Shown here: positions 20,853 to 33,131 of the stretch, in pieces
Layout of the letters: the number at the start of each line of letters is the position of its first letter
Numbering within the stretch: the stretch's first letter is position 1
NCBI GenBank assembly: GCA_019828565.1
Contig: JAHDYR010000015.1
Coordinates: 718,986-782,985 of the forward strand
Direction: 5' to 3'
Origin: Carpediemonas membranifera BICM
Taxonomy: Eukaryota > Protista > Fornicata
DNA length: 64,000 nucleotides
Position numbers and translations under genes: made by a program
The notes under the pieces: model-generated
Database searches by the model: none
The model's input: the letters and a program-made list of their open reading frames with translations, nothing else
Told to the model about the DNA's origin: nothing

Positions 20853-23800
20853 CTATAGTCGCTTTTCCAGCTTTGAGCGCTCGTCGGGCGGTAGCGTCAA
20901 CAAGTAACTGTCTAATGCGACGAGCTGGCGGTTCTCTGCATCTAGAGGTTCCCACGTAGCCTCTGAGCGTTCGAATCCTGCCCAGAGAATCTTGATCAGG
21001 CCTGGTTCCTTCCTCAGGTCGTGATCCAGGATGGCTTCGACGACAAGTTCGTCGTGATCCAGGGCCGCCATTTTGAGGGCCGCCTCTGGGCTGACGGGCG
21101 CTGCGATCATGCGCTCCCCGTGGATGTGGACCACCTTCTTCGTAATGAGGTCCTTCAGTCGGTAGACGTTGGGGACTTCGCCACGACCCAGGACCTTAAG
21201 TGGTCCCCGGAGGAAGGGTGAGAGCTTCTGGGGCTTCCTGCTCGGGATGATAAACGCAAACTCGTGCGGCTTCCACCTGTGGGTGGTCTTGAAGTGATCT
21301 CCCCGGCGCTTAGCCGCGTTGTACTCCTCCACAGCATGCTTGCTCAGTGCGCGGATGCGGCCGAGGGCCTCGATGTGACTGGCGAGAGCTGTAGATGCGC
21401 GCTCGGGGTCGGTGTAGCTGCGTGGGGTCTTCAAGTGTCGAGGGCTGATGCCCAGTAAGGCCTCGAGGGGTGATATTCCCCCAGAGTGCGATGTGGAGCG
21501 GAGTTGACGCGGAATTGGGCCATATAAAGCCATCGTTGCCATTTGTTGGACTCTGCTTCCATCATGAGTTTGCGTAGAGCGCGCACGGCCGTGCCATTCG
21601 CTCGCTCAACTATACCCGAGCTCTGTGGATGGTAGGCTGTAGCAATGTGGTGCTTGAGGGTCAATTCACTCGTAAGCTTCTCCATAAGCTTGTTGCGGTA
21701 CTGGGATCCTCCATCGGTGTGGATCTCCTGAGGAATGCCGAAGCGGCCAGCGAATGCGAGTAGGGCCTGTGCGGCTGAGTCTGCCGACGTGTCCCGGACT
21801 GGAACTAGGTCGACGTACTTGGTAAAGGAGTCAATGATGGTGATGATATATCGATTGCCCCGAGTGGATTCGGGCAGGGGCCCGATCGTGTCCAGCTGGA
21901 CTGTCTCGAACGGCTCTACCCTCTGCGTGCTATGCCACGCGGTCTGGCGCGCTTGGATCTGTCGAGTCTTCAGACATGCCGGACAGGTCCGAACGAAGGC
22001 GTCAATGTAGGGGTCAATGGTCTCGCGTTGAGCTGGCGTTGCCAGCCTGCGGATGATTCTGGCTGATGGGTGGCCGGCGGATCCTCCATGAAGGGTCCGG
22101 AGGATGGCGCGGGCGTCTTCTGGTATGTCGTCAGTGGTCAGGAAGCAGCAGCGACTAAGAGCGTCTGCTACAGCGTTGTCCTCCCCCTGCCACATGTGAT
22201 ATCTCCGCGGGGAACTGCTGGAGGGTGATCCTCCAGCGCATTACCTTCGGTGAGCAGTCCGAGCGCTTCATGAGGTAGACGATATTGCGATGGTCCGTGT
22301 GGACGTGTAGGTCCGTGGCCATGGTGAACAGGGGCTGCATGTCTGATCTGGTGAGTGCACTAAGGATACCATACAGTTCCTTATCATAGGTGCACCAGCG
22401 GCGTTGCACATCAGTTAGTCTCTTGGAGAATAACGTGACGGGCTGATGTTGGCCGTCCGCAGCGATCTGGTATAGAATACCGCCGACCGCGTTGTCGGAC
22501 GCGTCTGTATAGAGATGCCAGGGTAGACCCGGGTCCGGCTGGGTGAGGGTGATGGCCTCCGCTGTGGCCTCCTTGAGGCTCTGGAGGGCCTGTTCTTGTG
22601 GATCACCCCACTCCTCGGCCTTGATTGCGTCATAGAGCGGGCCAAGAAGCTCCTGTGCGCGCGGAAGGTGCTCAGCGATGTAATTGAACATGCCAGCGAT
22701 GCGTCGCATGTCCTTGACAGAGGTGGGAGATGTGATGTCGTTGAGGGCCTTGGCTCTCTCGGGGTCCACGCTGCGACCTTGCTCCGAGATGTCGAAGCCG
22801 ACGACCTTGACCTTACGGGAGGCGAACTTGCACTTCGCGAGGTTAAGTCTCAAGTCATGGCGATCGAGTAGCACTAAGGTGTGCTCTAGCGTCTGGAGGA
22901 ATTCCTCCTGTGTCTTTGCGTGGATGAGGATGTCATCAATGTAGACCATAACACCCTTGTGAAGCACGGGTGCGAGGACTCCTTGCATGACTCTTTGGAA
23001 GTGAGACGGCGCATTTGCTAGGCCGAATGGCACCCGCACGAACTCGTCATACGCGTCTGGGGTGATCATAGCCGTCTTGCGGACGTCGTCCGGGTGGACT
23101 GGGACTTGATGATACCCGGACGTGAGGTCCAGCGCCGCGAAGAAGCGTGAGCCGGATGCTTCCCGTACAAACGACTTCAAGTCGGGGAGGGGGAAGTGGT
23201 CCTTGACTGTGATCCTATTGAGAGCTGTATAGTCAATACACAGTCTGATGGCGCCGGATGCCTTGTCTACGACGACAATGGGAGAGGCAAACGGTCCCTG
23301 TGAGGCCCGTGTGATACCTGCCGATCGCAGGCGCTGCAGCTCTTCTCTGACTTGCTCACGGCGTCTGGGATTGAGGCGGCGGGGCTTGGCTTGCACGAGG
23401 TGCTGTTCGTCCACTAGCGGGATGCGCATGGCGGGCACCTTGGCTCCTCCGGGCGCCAGGCCGTCAAAAACGTGAGGGTGCTGCACCAATATCGCTGTGA
23501 TCGGTTGCTTAAGCTCCTCGATCTCAATGTTGGGCTGTACGTCGTCGGCCAGCAGTAATTCTTCTGCTGGTCTGAAAGGAATATCGTCCCCTTCGTCTGC
23601 TGCGGTTTCTTTCACGAGCTTAACAAAAAGGCCATCGGAAGTGAGGCATCCGAGGCTTCTCAGAATATCGCAGCCTATGAGGATCAGGGGGTTTTTCCCT
23701 GGTATGATGTCGAGGTTGGCAGTGAAGCGGGTCTCGTGGCCAGCTAGGGCCACTCGGAGGTCCGCGGAGGTCCGGCCATTAGCGGTGGCCACTGACTGGT

Positions 23801-24878
23801 CTGCCAGTAAATAATGCCGCGTAGGGCCCGTTGAATGGGGTAGGGCGAGATCCTTTGCTAGTCCCTCCGAAACTCCTGAACGTCTGGCGCATGAATCAAT
23901 GTGGAACACGTACTCTTGGCCATTTATATGGCCCGTAGTCTTGAGCACGTCGTCCTCGGTGTCGATCTCGGCATCGTCAAGGATCATGGCCTCGAACGGG
24001 GTCTTGGCCTTGAGCTCAGATTTGGCTCTGAGGCCGCCGCCCGACTCCCTGGAGCGTGTCTTCTCTGAACGGGGACACTCGTTCCGCCAGTGATTGCCCT
24101 GGCAGATGGGGCAAGGGGTCTTCGGGGGCCTGTTGGTCGGATGGATGTCGTTCGGACGCGGCTTGGAGGTGGGAGCCGCTTCCTTGGCCTTGATGGGGAG
24201 GGCCTGCTTGGTGCTGGAGGATTCGTCAGTGTCGGGGTCGCTGTTAGCCTTGGTTCTGGCCTTCTTGGTGCGCACTAGATCGTAGCCGTAGCGCGTCATG
24301 TCCAAGCGAAGCTGGTCTTCAACCCGGGCGGCCTCGGTGATGAGTTTGTACACGTCCTCGAGCTTGGTTGGCTTTCGGAGGTCATACTCCGTGCGGACGA
24401 CACGTTGGAAAGCGTCAGGTGCCAGATGGGAGAGGCACAGCTTGGTGGCTTTTTCGATGACGGTATCGTCGTCGCGGGAGAGGTTCTCCTCTTCGGAGAA
24501 TGTGCCCTTTGTGTAGAGCTGGAAGATGTCCTGGAATGCGTTGATGTACTTGCGCACAAGGACGGTGCGGGTGTTGAGGTCGGTGATAGTGGATTCACAG
24601 CGGACCTTGCTCAGCTCGGCGAGCCATTGGCGGGATGTCTGAGGGCCGACGAGCTTGTCGAGGTGCTTGAAGAGCTCCTCTTCGGTGATGGTTTCAGCGT
24701 TGAGGTCGAACTGTCGCTGAATGAGATCCGACAAGGCGTCGGTGAGGAAAAGGGAGGCTTTCGCGTCAGGTGCGAACACCTTGAGGCGTTGGACTTGCCT
24801 CTTGAAGGAGCGGACGCTCTCGCGGTCGAGGTTAATAGCGTCGAGCTCTGGAATTGTCATTTGGGTTTTGGCAAACAT
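20853..24878 (-). CDS. G3a gag-pol-chromodomain (two frameshifts in G runs)
   Basis: ORFs 22155..24878, 21431..22195 and 20853..21542: CPICQGNHWRNEC, IDSCA, YIDD, YTDAS, DTIGP, LVVEAILDH..LWAGF. Confidence 0.9.
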
Positions 24879-24997
24879 GAGTCTGTACTAGAATCGATTC
24901 TGTGGCGACAACAGTATTTACACATAACCTGCGAAGCAGGGGTAAGTGAGTGTGCCCGTGGTTATAAATAGCAATAATAATAACTGAGGCACTGACA

Positions 24998-25504
24998 CCT
25001 GCTAGTGCCAGTTCGGAAGCCGCTCCCTTGCGGAAGCTGTGTAGGCCAATCCTGTTGTCGTGGAAGACTGTGCGTAGCTCCTCTCGCATACGTCGCATTG
25101 TGCACGGGGTCTTACGGCTAACCTTCGATGAGGATGTGATCGCGCGCCAGATGCAGGCGTCCGGTGGAAGGTTCAAGCCTCGTACCCATCTCTTCAGGGC
25201 CAGCGCTGGGTTGAATGGGCCTAGTAGGGTGTTGGGTAGTGACTTAGTGACCTTTGCAAGCGTCTTTGTGCGACCAAGGAGCAGCTGGGCGTCCCCGTTT
25301 GCCTTGAACACGATGTCAGCGCTCGTCAGGTTGAAGATTTCAGCTCCGCGGCTCACGGTCAGGTAAGCAATCGCGGCGAATAGTGTCGCTTGGTACGTCG
25401 CGATGTCGCTGTTCCTGGACTTGATGGCCCTGATCATGTCCTCCCTTGTGACTGGGGCTGACCCGCCTGTCATGCCGGTGGTGTTGGCGTTGTCTGCTAT
25501 GCCT
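24998..25504 (-). pseudogene. YR-C recombinase core
   Basis: VSRGAEI, GRTKT, GLHSFRKG motifs. Confidence 0.85.
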
Positions 25505-28500
25505 TGTTCGTTTCGCAGACGAAACGGGGGGTGAAGCTTTACAAGCAAAACAAAAAGACGATTCGGGACCCTGCCCGGGGATCGGATCGGATCATCAATC
25601 AAATAAATATTTGATAGAAGTGCCGCGCTGACACTTCCCTCCCAGTGGTAACGACCACGAGTAACGGGCGCGGCGGCGAGGACTGGTCTATGATATTTCA
25701 TCCGAAACCCATCAAATGCGATGGTTTGATTAGATAGTTGAGCGTGAAGACGAACAACTCCATTGAAGGAGGTTATTGAGCTAAAGAGCTCCTAGGTGCT
25801 GAAAATGACCTCCATTGGCCTCAATAGGCCCTCGTTGGCGAGATACGAGAACTTTCACGAAAGCTTCGGATCTTCGACGGGATTCTTCCTCGCAAGCGGT
25901 CCATTAGTCTCAATTAAGCAACATCAAGCTTCTCAGACAGCAGTTTATAGTTTAGGACGTGCTAAGGTCCCGATCAGATGGGGATCATCATCGCCAGCGG
26001 CGACGACGAGCCAGCGCCTCGTGGGGTGCCACAGCCGTCGGGTGATCCAGTAGATAGGCGTCCAGGGCTTGCAGGCGGTAGTTCTCCTGGTTTAGCGGGA
26101 TCCAGGAGTCCTCCTCGGGCTCATAACCCTTCCAGCGGACACGGAGACGGCGACCCTTCATGTCGAGGTCCTTGACGGACTCGACCTCGAACTCACGGTC
26201 TTGGCGGGCTACGAGTGCCCGAAGTTCTGCGAGTGACTGGCCTCGGCGGCGGTGGAAAGGCCGGAGGCGCTCTGACGCGACGGTGAACTGGTCGGCGTCG
26301 TCGGTGAGGGACTGAATGATGACCGATCCCTTGACCTTCCCCTCCTGTATGACGCGGAACGGGCCGCGCCACTTCATGGCCAGCTTCATCGGCTTGATGG
26401 GGGCCAGCAGTACGAGGCTCCCGCTGGTATAAGCTCGGTAGGTCGTGGACGCAACACGGCCGAGCTTCTTGGCATGGTCGCGGGAGACAGAGTTCCTGGC
26501 TCGTGTGTAGCGCTCCTCCCGACTCTGAGTATCCTTGTGGAAGCCGTCGTGACCAAAGAGGAGGGTCAACGGGGACTGATGGGTCACGGGGTGTACTCGC
26601 GAGTTGAGTATGAGGGCCACTTGCGGGAGCATGTCGCTCCAAGCGGCTTCGTGTTCATCTACGAGCGTCCTCATGTGACGGGCGATCTCAGCATTCATGC
26701 GTTCGACCTTTCCGTTTGCTTGGGGGTGGTACGGCGTAGAGAAGCGGTGTTCGATCGTGAGGCTTCTTGTGAGCTCTTCGATTAAACTGTTCTTGTACTG
26801 CGAGCCTTGGTCCGTCTGTATGAACTCCGGCACGCCGAACGCGGCGCAGAACTTGTAGATTGCGTCGGCGGCGTCTTTTGCTGACGTAGTGTGCGTCGGG
26901 AATAGAGAAACGTGTCGAGAGAACGCGTCTACGATCACGACGACGTACTTCTGGCCGTGTTCGTCCTGGGCAAACGGGCCCAGGGTGTCGACCTGGACGG
27001 ACTGGAAGGGTATTGTCCGCAGGTCTGGGTGTTGGGGGACCGGCAAGCGCTGGCCTGGGCGGACACGCTGGCACTCGGTGCACGTTGTGAAGAAAGCTCG
27101 GGCATCCTCCCACATGCCGGGCCACTGGACGCCCGCCTTTCGCAGACGGCGTATCATCTCGGGGGGGCCCACATGACCAACCGCGGTGTTGTGCACCTTG
27201 GTGAGCTCAGCTTGTGGGTCGATCATGACGAAGTCCTCGCCTCTCCCGTTCACGTGCACAGCGTAGACAGTGTCGACGTTGAGGTCGGGGAGGACACGAG
27301 ATAGGGCGTCTGCTACCGTGTTAGCCTCGCCAGCGACATGTTCGAGAGTAAACGTGAATTCGTTCATCGTAATGCGCCAGCGAGCGATCTTCGCGTTCTG
27401 AGGGTACTTCTTCCGGATAAATACCAGGTTACGGTGATCGGTGTGGACGTGGAGCTTGGGATGGCACTTCAGGAGCGGCGTCAACTCGGAGGAGGAGAGG
27501 GCGTGTAGGATTCCATATAACTCCTGCTCATATGTGGACCATGCCTTCTGTGTGGTCGTGAAGCTCTTGGCGAAGAATGCCACTACTTCAGCGTCCGGCG
27601 CGTCGGGTCGGCCTTGGATAAGTACACCGCCTACTCCCCTGCGTTGAGGCGTCGGTGAACAGATGCCACTCCTTCGACAGGTCGGGATAGGCCAGGGTGA
27701 CCCGGGAGCGGACCTGCTCTTTAAGGCAGGTGAGGGCATGCTCGTGGCGAGCCTCCCAGGTGATGGTGACCGTCTTGCTGCGGTTCTTGGAGCCTGCCTT
27801 TGCGGGGACGCCAGCCAAGAGCTCCGACAGCGTCGCGAGGTGTTTCTGAGCTTGGGGGAGGTGTCGGGCCACATAGTTGAACTTACCCAGCACCATGCGC
27901 AGCTCCTTCAGGTTGCAAGGGCTACGGAGCTCCGTGAGAGCCTTGATGCGGTCTTCGGTCACTCTGATGCCCTGTTTGTCCATGATGAACCCAACAGAAG
28001 TGATCTCTGAGGCACCGAGCGTGCATTTGGCGGCTCCGAGGCGGAGGCGGGCCTTCCGGAGGAGCTCGAAGACGCAGCCAAGGATCGTCATGAATTCCTT
28101 GGGAGACCTAGCATAGATGAGGACGTCGTCTAGGTATACTTCCACGCCACGGTGGAGCACGGGTGCTAGTACTGTTTGCATGATGCGTTGGAAATAGGAC
28201 GGGGCACGGGTGAGGCCGAAGGGGACCCGGCGGTACTGGAAGTATCCGTCGGGTGTGACAAAGGCTGACAGCGGACGGTCTTCCTCTCGAAGTGGGGCCT
28301 GGTGATAGCCTTGCTTGAGGTCTAGCGAGGCAAACACCGTGCAGCCTGCGGCTGCGCGAAGGAACTCCCCGGATGTTAGGTAGCGGGAAGTTGTCTGGCG
28401 GCGTCAGGCGGTTGATCTGCGTGTAATCAACGCACAGTCTCATGCGTCCGTCCTTCTTTCCGACCACAACAATGGGGCTGGCCCAAGGGCCTTGGCTCGG

Positions 28501-30190
28501 CTCGATGATGCCGGCCTGAAGGAGGCGCTCGCATTCAGCATCGACTGCGTCTCTGGCCTGCGGGGCAAGACGGCGCGGTGCAGACTGGACTAGAGGGGCA
28601 TCTTCCGCGATGGGGATGTGCATCGGCGGCACATTGGCGCCCTCTGGGGGAATATCGCTGAAGAGCTCGGCGTATTGATTCACGAGCTCAACTATCTCCG
28701 GGCGGAGGTCGTCGTTCGGGATCTGAATGAGCGATAGCGGGTCCTCGGTGGCTGGAGCGATGGAGAACACAGGTAGCGGGATATCGTCATCCTTGGGGTT
28801 GTCGGGCTGGGCGCTGAGCTTCAGGAATAGCTCGTCCTTACACAGGACTCCCAGGCTCCGTAGCGTGTCGGTCCCAATCAGAACCTTCTGAGATTGTCCG
28901 GGAATGACGGCGGCGATGATCGTGGTGTAAACCGGGCTACCGACTAGGGTGGCAGTGAGGGAGGTCTCGATGAACTCATCCACAGATAGGGTACTGCCGA
29001 AGGCCGGGGTGGCCGTGATGGGCTCTCGGGCGACGAGTTTGGCGCTCTTGGCCTCAAGAAGCATGTGCGCGAGAGGCTCGGTGATACACGTGACGGAAGC
29101 ACCGGTATCGATGATGGCGCGCATAGAAATGTCACCGATCGCGGCTTCCACGGTAAGAGGTCCCGTGGACGCGGAGGTATCACCGTCTAAGAGGAAAACC
29201 TCATGATCTTCGACCTGTTCTCCATTATCGAGGGTGTTCACCACGCGAGGGGCACTTTGGCGAGCGGTGTTGCCTCTGGCGGGGCGAAGGGATCCATTCT
29301 CTCGGTTCCATGCTCTGCGGCCTGCGCGATAATCGGGAGCCCTGAAATTTCCAGGGGATTCGCGTGGCTGGGCGAAGGTCTGGCGTCTCTGGTCGGGATT
29401 ATTCCGCGGCTGATCCTGGCGGCCCGGGTTGGGTCCGGTCAGCGGCTTGGGACGATAGGGGGTTATGGGGCCCTGACGCTGCGGCCCAGTGGGGGCATGG
29501 CCCCGACCCGCGTAGTATCCGAAGCGCTGGGCCTTCTCGCGGGCCTCGTCATCTTCGTCCGCGATCTTGAGAGTTAGCTGGATGAGGTCCTGCAGAGAGG
29601 ACGGACGTTCTACACGTTGGGCATAGTCAACGGCATCTCTGAAGGCGGCGGGCCTCAAGCCCTGCGCAAAGATGCGCTGATGAGCCCGAGAGGCCGACGT
29701 GGTCTCGCTGGCGGCCGGAACGGTGGTATCGGCCGGGGGCTCTGGTTCGGTGCCGTCAGTGTTCCCGGCGAGGATGGATTCGTCCGCCTCAGGGGTAGCT
29801 GGCGGGGTGGCCATGAACTCCGCAGAGCCCAGGACATCTGTAAACGCACGAGCATAAGCTCGGATAAGGTTGGCGCGCGACACGGCGTGGTTCGCATCCA
29901 CCTGGCACTTCACGGCCTCCAGACGGAGGCGGAGGTCTTGAGGGTCTCGGGGCGCCAAGAGCTGGTTAACCCAGCGGATTACGTCGTCGTCGGACTGGGA
30001 GGCCAGCGAAACGTTGTGCTGGACCTCTAGGGCACCTTGGAGTTCAGCGTCTAGGAAGGCAGCGTATGTGGCTGCGGGGTAGAAGATTTTGAACTGGATC
30101 ATCGTTCTCTTGAAGTTGGCCCAGGTCTTTGGGCTCAATTCTTGTAGTGCTAGTTTAGGAACCGGCACAGGAACGTTCTGCATCAAATTA
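25505..30190 (-). mobile_element. G4: chromodomain Gypsy element, 5' LTR deleted; putative 129-bp 3' LTR 25505-25633
   Basis: PPT GGGAGGGAAG then TGTCAG…GAACA, after which YR-C sequence resumes. Confidence 0.8.
25988..30183 (-). CDS. G4 gag-pol-chromodomain (two frameshifts)
   Basis: MQNVPVPV.., IDTGA, YLDD, FTDAS, DTLGP/TDQG/NGKVE, FEVESVKD..RWKGY across ORFs 28108..31308, 27588..28337 and 25988..27874. Confidence 0.88.
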
Positions 30191-31963
30191 GGAGTTGTTG
30201 GTCCTCTGATGCGAAGTCGTCTTTCGGTACTGAGAAGGGAATCTTGCATGTCGCGTGCGCCTTGAGTTGTTGGAGTTCGGGGCTCGTAATGTCTGGCACG
30301 ACGAGGAAGCATGCTGAGGTCCACGAGTTCGGAGGGGATGTAGTCGGGGTCGTTAAGATCGGTAGGAGGGTCTGCCATGTCCGTCCCAAGGTCATCGGGG
30401 ACGGGTGTGGCGCGGCATAAACGCGGTGTCCGCGCCAGCCCCTGAACAGGCCGTCCGGCCAGTGTTCGATGGTAAACCCTGGGAGGCGTAGAGTGCGGTC
30501 TGGGTGTGCTGTAGCGTCCACGTCGACGGGGCCCCAAGTCTCGAGAATTGTCTCCAGCACGTGGGGTGGGGTGGACAACCCGCGTGACAGTCGGTCTGCG
30601 GCGAGATTGAGGTGGCCTGGGGTGTGTCGAGCGTGTCTGAAGAGCTTCTTGCGTTCCATCTCCTTGTAGAGTATCCTGAGTGTCTGTAGCGCCATCGGGG
30701 GGGCCTTTGAGCTGCCCTCCTTGTTGATCCAGGCGACGCACGAGCTGTTGTCTGAGAAGACCGTGAGATTGCGCTCTGAGTCCTGTGCTGGTATGATGCG
30801 TGAGCCAAAGAGGACTGCGGCGAGCTCCTTCACGTTGATAGATTGTTCCGCCAGTGCGCCCTTGAAAGAACCGTGGGAGTTCGCGGACGTGTTGGTCCAC
30901 TGGGCTCCCCAGCCTGTGCCCGACGCATCTGTGGAAATAATCAGCTCTAGTTGCTGGTCCTGAGACCATAGGTTCTTCAACTCGGCGAAGGAGCGGGTTG
31001 GTCGGACGGCCAGGAGCTGCAGCCACTCCTTGAGGTCTGCTGTGTAGGGGTGGATGTCGACCCAGTTCTCCGTGGCAGAGGGGAGCGTGCGGAGCTTCAG
31101 GGTAGCCCGTCTTGCAGAGGTGGCGAAGAAGGAGAGCTTGCCTACGATCTTCGCCCAGTCTTTCGCGCGGATGCGCTTCTTGACGAGTGCTTCTGATAGG
31201 GCCTCTGCGTACCTCTTGGCCTTGTCGGCGGGGAGACGGATGGTGTTGGACGTGGTGTTCAGGAGCAGGCCAAGGAATTCTATGCACTGGCACGGTGTTA
31301 AGATGCACTTCTCCAGCGACGGGATGAGGCCCAGTGCCTCCATCGTCTTGATGATCTTGGGTATTTCCTTGCTGAGGTGGTCTCTGCTGTCGGCTGACAG
31401 TAAGAAGTCGTCGAGGTAGACGTTGACGATTACCTTGTGGCGGAGGCGATGACCTTTGCTACCTGGACCATAGCGGACTGGAAGAAATAAGGCGCGGCGG
31501 TCCAACCGAAGCCTAGCGTGCGGTATTGGAACGCCCGACCGTCGGGCAGAGCGATGCCCAGGAGCGGTTTGTCCGAGTCTCTGATGGCCAGCTGTGAGTA
31601 GCCGGATCTTAGGTCTATCTTGGCCATCCAGGCCTGGCTGGAGAGTGTGTTGATGGCACGACGTATGCCGAACAGACGGAAGGAGCGGCGTTCGCGTGTG
31701 ACCGTGTTCAGCCGCCTCAGGTCGTGGATCACTCTTATGTCTTCCCCCTTGGGGACAGCAAACAGCGGGGCGCTGTGCTTGAGCTGACTGAGGGGCGTCG
31801 GCTCGATGATTCCTTGTTGTGTCATTGATTCGAGCTTCGGAAGTATCCTCGGGTCGATGGTCCTCTGTGGGGCTGCCGGTGGTGGAGGCGCTGTGATCTC
31901 GACGGGGATTCCGTCTCGTACCCGCGCTACTACTGCTGGAGCTACCCTGAATTGTTCCCACAC
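30183..31963 (-). CDS. YR-C RT / RNase H / MT-like protein (frameshift near 31440)
   Basis: RVIHDLR, DLRSGYSQ, LGFGW, YLDD, TDASG, INVKE, SDNS, WGPVDVD..GWRGHRVYAAP. Confidence 0.88.
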
Positions 31964-31992
31964 CCGCCATCGCGAACGGGTTGATGGGAATA

Positions 31993-32729
31993 TTAGGAGC
32001 GGGCCCGGCGGCCGACGCTGCTGGAGCCCTGCTCCTGAAAATTCCGACGCTTACGCTTGCCCTTAGTCTTGGCCTTAGCGAGGATCGTCTCGATCTCCAT
32101 CTCAGACTTCGGGGGCGTGGCTCGCAGGGCTGCAGTGGCGTAGTCACAGACGTTGTCGTCGTAGTCGTCCTTGAGGAGAAGGACCTTGAACCGGCTCAGG
32201 AGACGGAGCAGTAGATCGTTCACGTCGAGTGAGTGCGGGTCCGCGGTCGTCAGGAGACGCATGATCTCGCGTAGGAACTTGGCTTCGTCGCGGGGCCCGT
32301 ACCTCTTGGGGAGCTCCAAATCGAACAAGAAGGACGGAAAGCCTTGGAAGGTTCCCTGGGTTGCTTGCTCATCGGTTTCTAGCTCGTACTCTTCTTGTTC
32401 TACCTCCCTCTGGATGGATCTTTCCTCGATGTTCTCCATCTTCGTTCGTTCGTTTTCATGAACTCCAATGTGGCAGTTACGTTGTTGGTAAACTTTCGGA
32501 ACTCTTCCTGGGATACAGGAGGTTCTGCGGACGTGCCCGATGTGCCTTCGGGCATTCGAAATTCTGATGCCATAAACTGCACGTTTCCGTGCGCCCTCTC
32601 GGGCGTCTCAGCACCCCGGGTGCCAATGGGCTCGAGTGGTGCTCGCTTCGCGGGGCGAGATCGAGGTAGTACTTGGGTTCTGGGGGGTCTCAGGGCCGTG
32701 TAGCGCCATGTGACGGGGGTATCGGTCAA
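31993..32729 (-). CDS. YR-C gag-like ORF1 (frameshifted)
   Basis: ORFs 32400..32729 and 31993..32439; similar to the YR-B ORF1 (E..FL.R..R; LL.RL.SR). Confidence 0.65.
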
Positions 32730-33131
32730 TTTTCAAAATGACGAGGTCATTTTCGGAGAACCGACATTTTGGGCAAAACTATGCAGCAATGCGTGCAGAG
32801 GTGAAATCAAGCGCATATTAGGAACGCATAATTTGCCAACATCCCGAATCGGGCGCTTTGGACATGCTTTCGCAGCACTAAGTACAGAACACAACATCAA
32901 TAGCCGAAACTACAACGAATCAGCACGGAACACCTAATTAGAAGCAAAGACGCCAACATTAGCTTCCTGCAACCGAGATATGGCACCAACAGCTTGCTTG
33001 TTGTGTCGCAATACCGTATTAATATTTATATATTTTATGGGTGTCGTCTTGGTCCTACTTGGTCCGAGACGACACCAGTGTGTCGAAATAAATTAGCGCA
33101 TCGTTACAACAGTGAATTCACTAGTGGCTAC

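Larger units (their letters stand above)
15437..24997 (-). mobile_element. G3a: chromodomain Gypsy element with 93/97-bp LTRs, containing G2 in its 3' UTR
   Basis: LTRs 15437-15529 and 24901-24997 (4-bp indel), TSD CCTG, PPT GAGGGGGGTAG. Confidence 0.93.
15300..32729 (-). mobile_element. YR-C: third PAT-like YR retrotransposon, disrupted by G3a (+G2) and G4
   Basis: gag 31993-32729, RT/RH/MT 30183-31963, YR split at 24998-25504 and 15300-15436. Linking the YR to this RT is inferred from order and strand. Confidence 0.7.
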
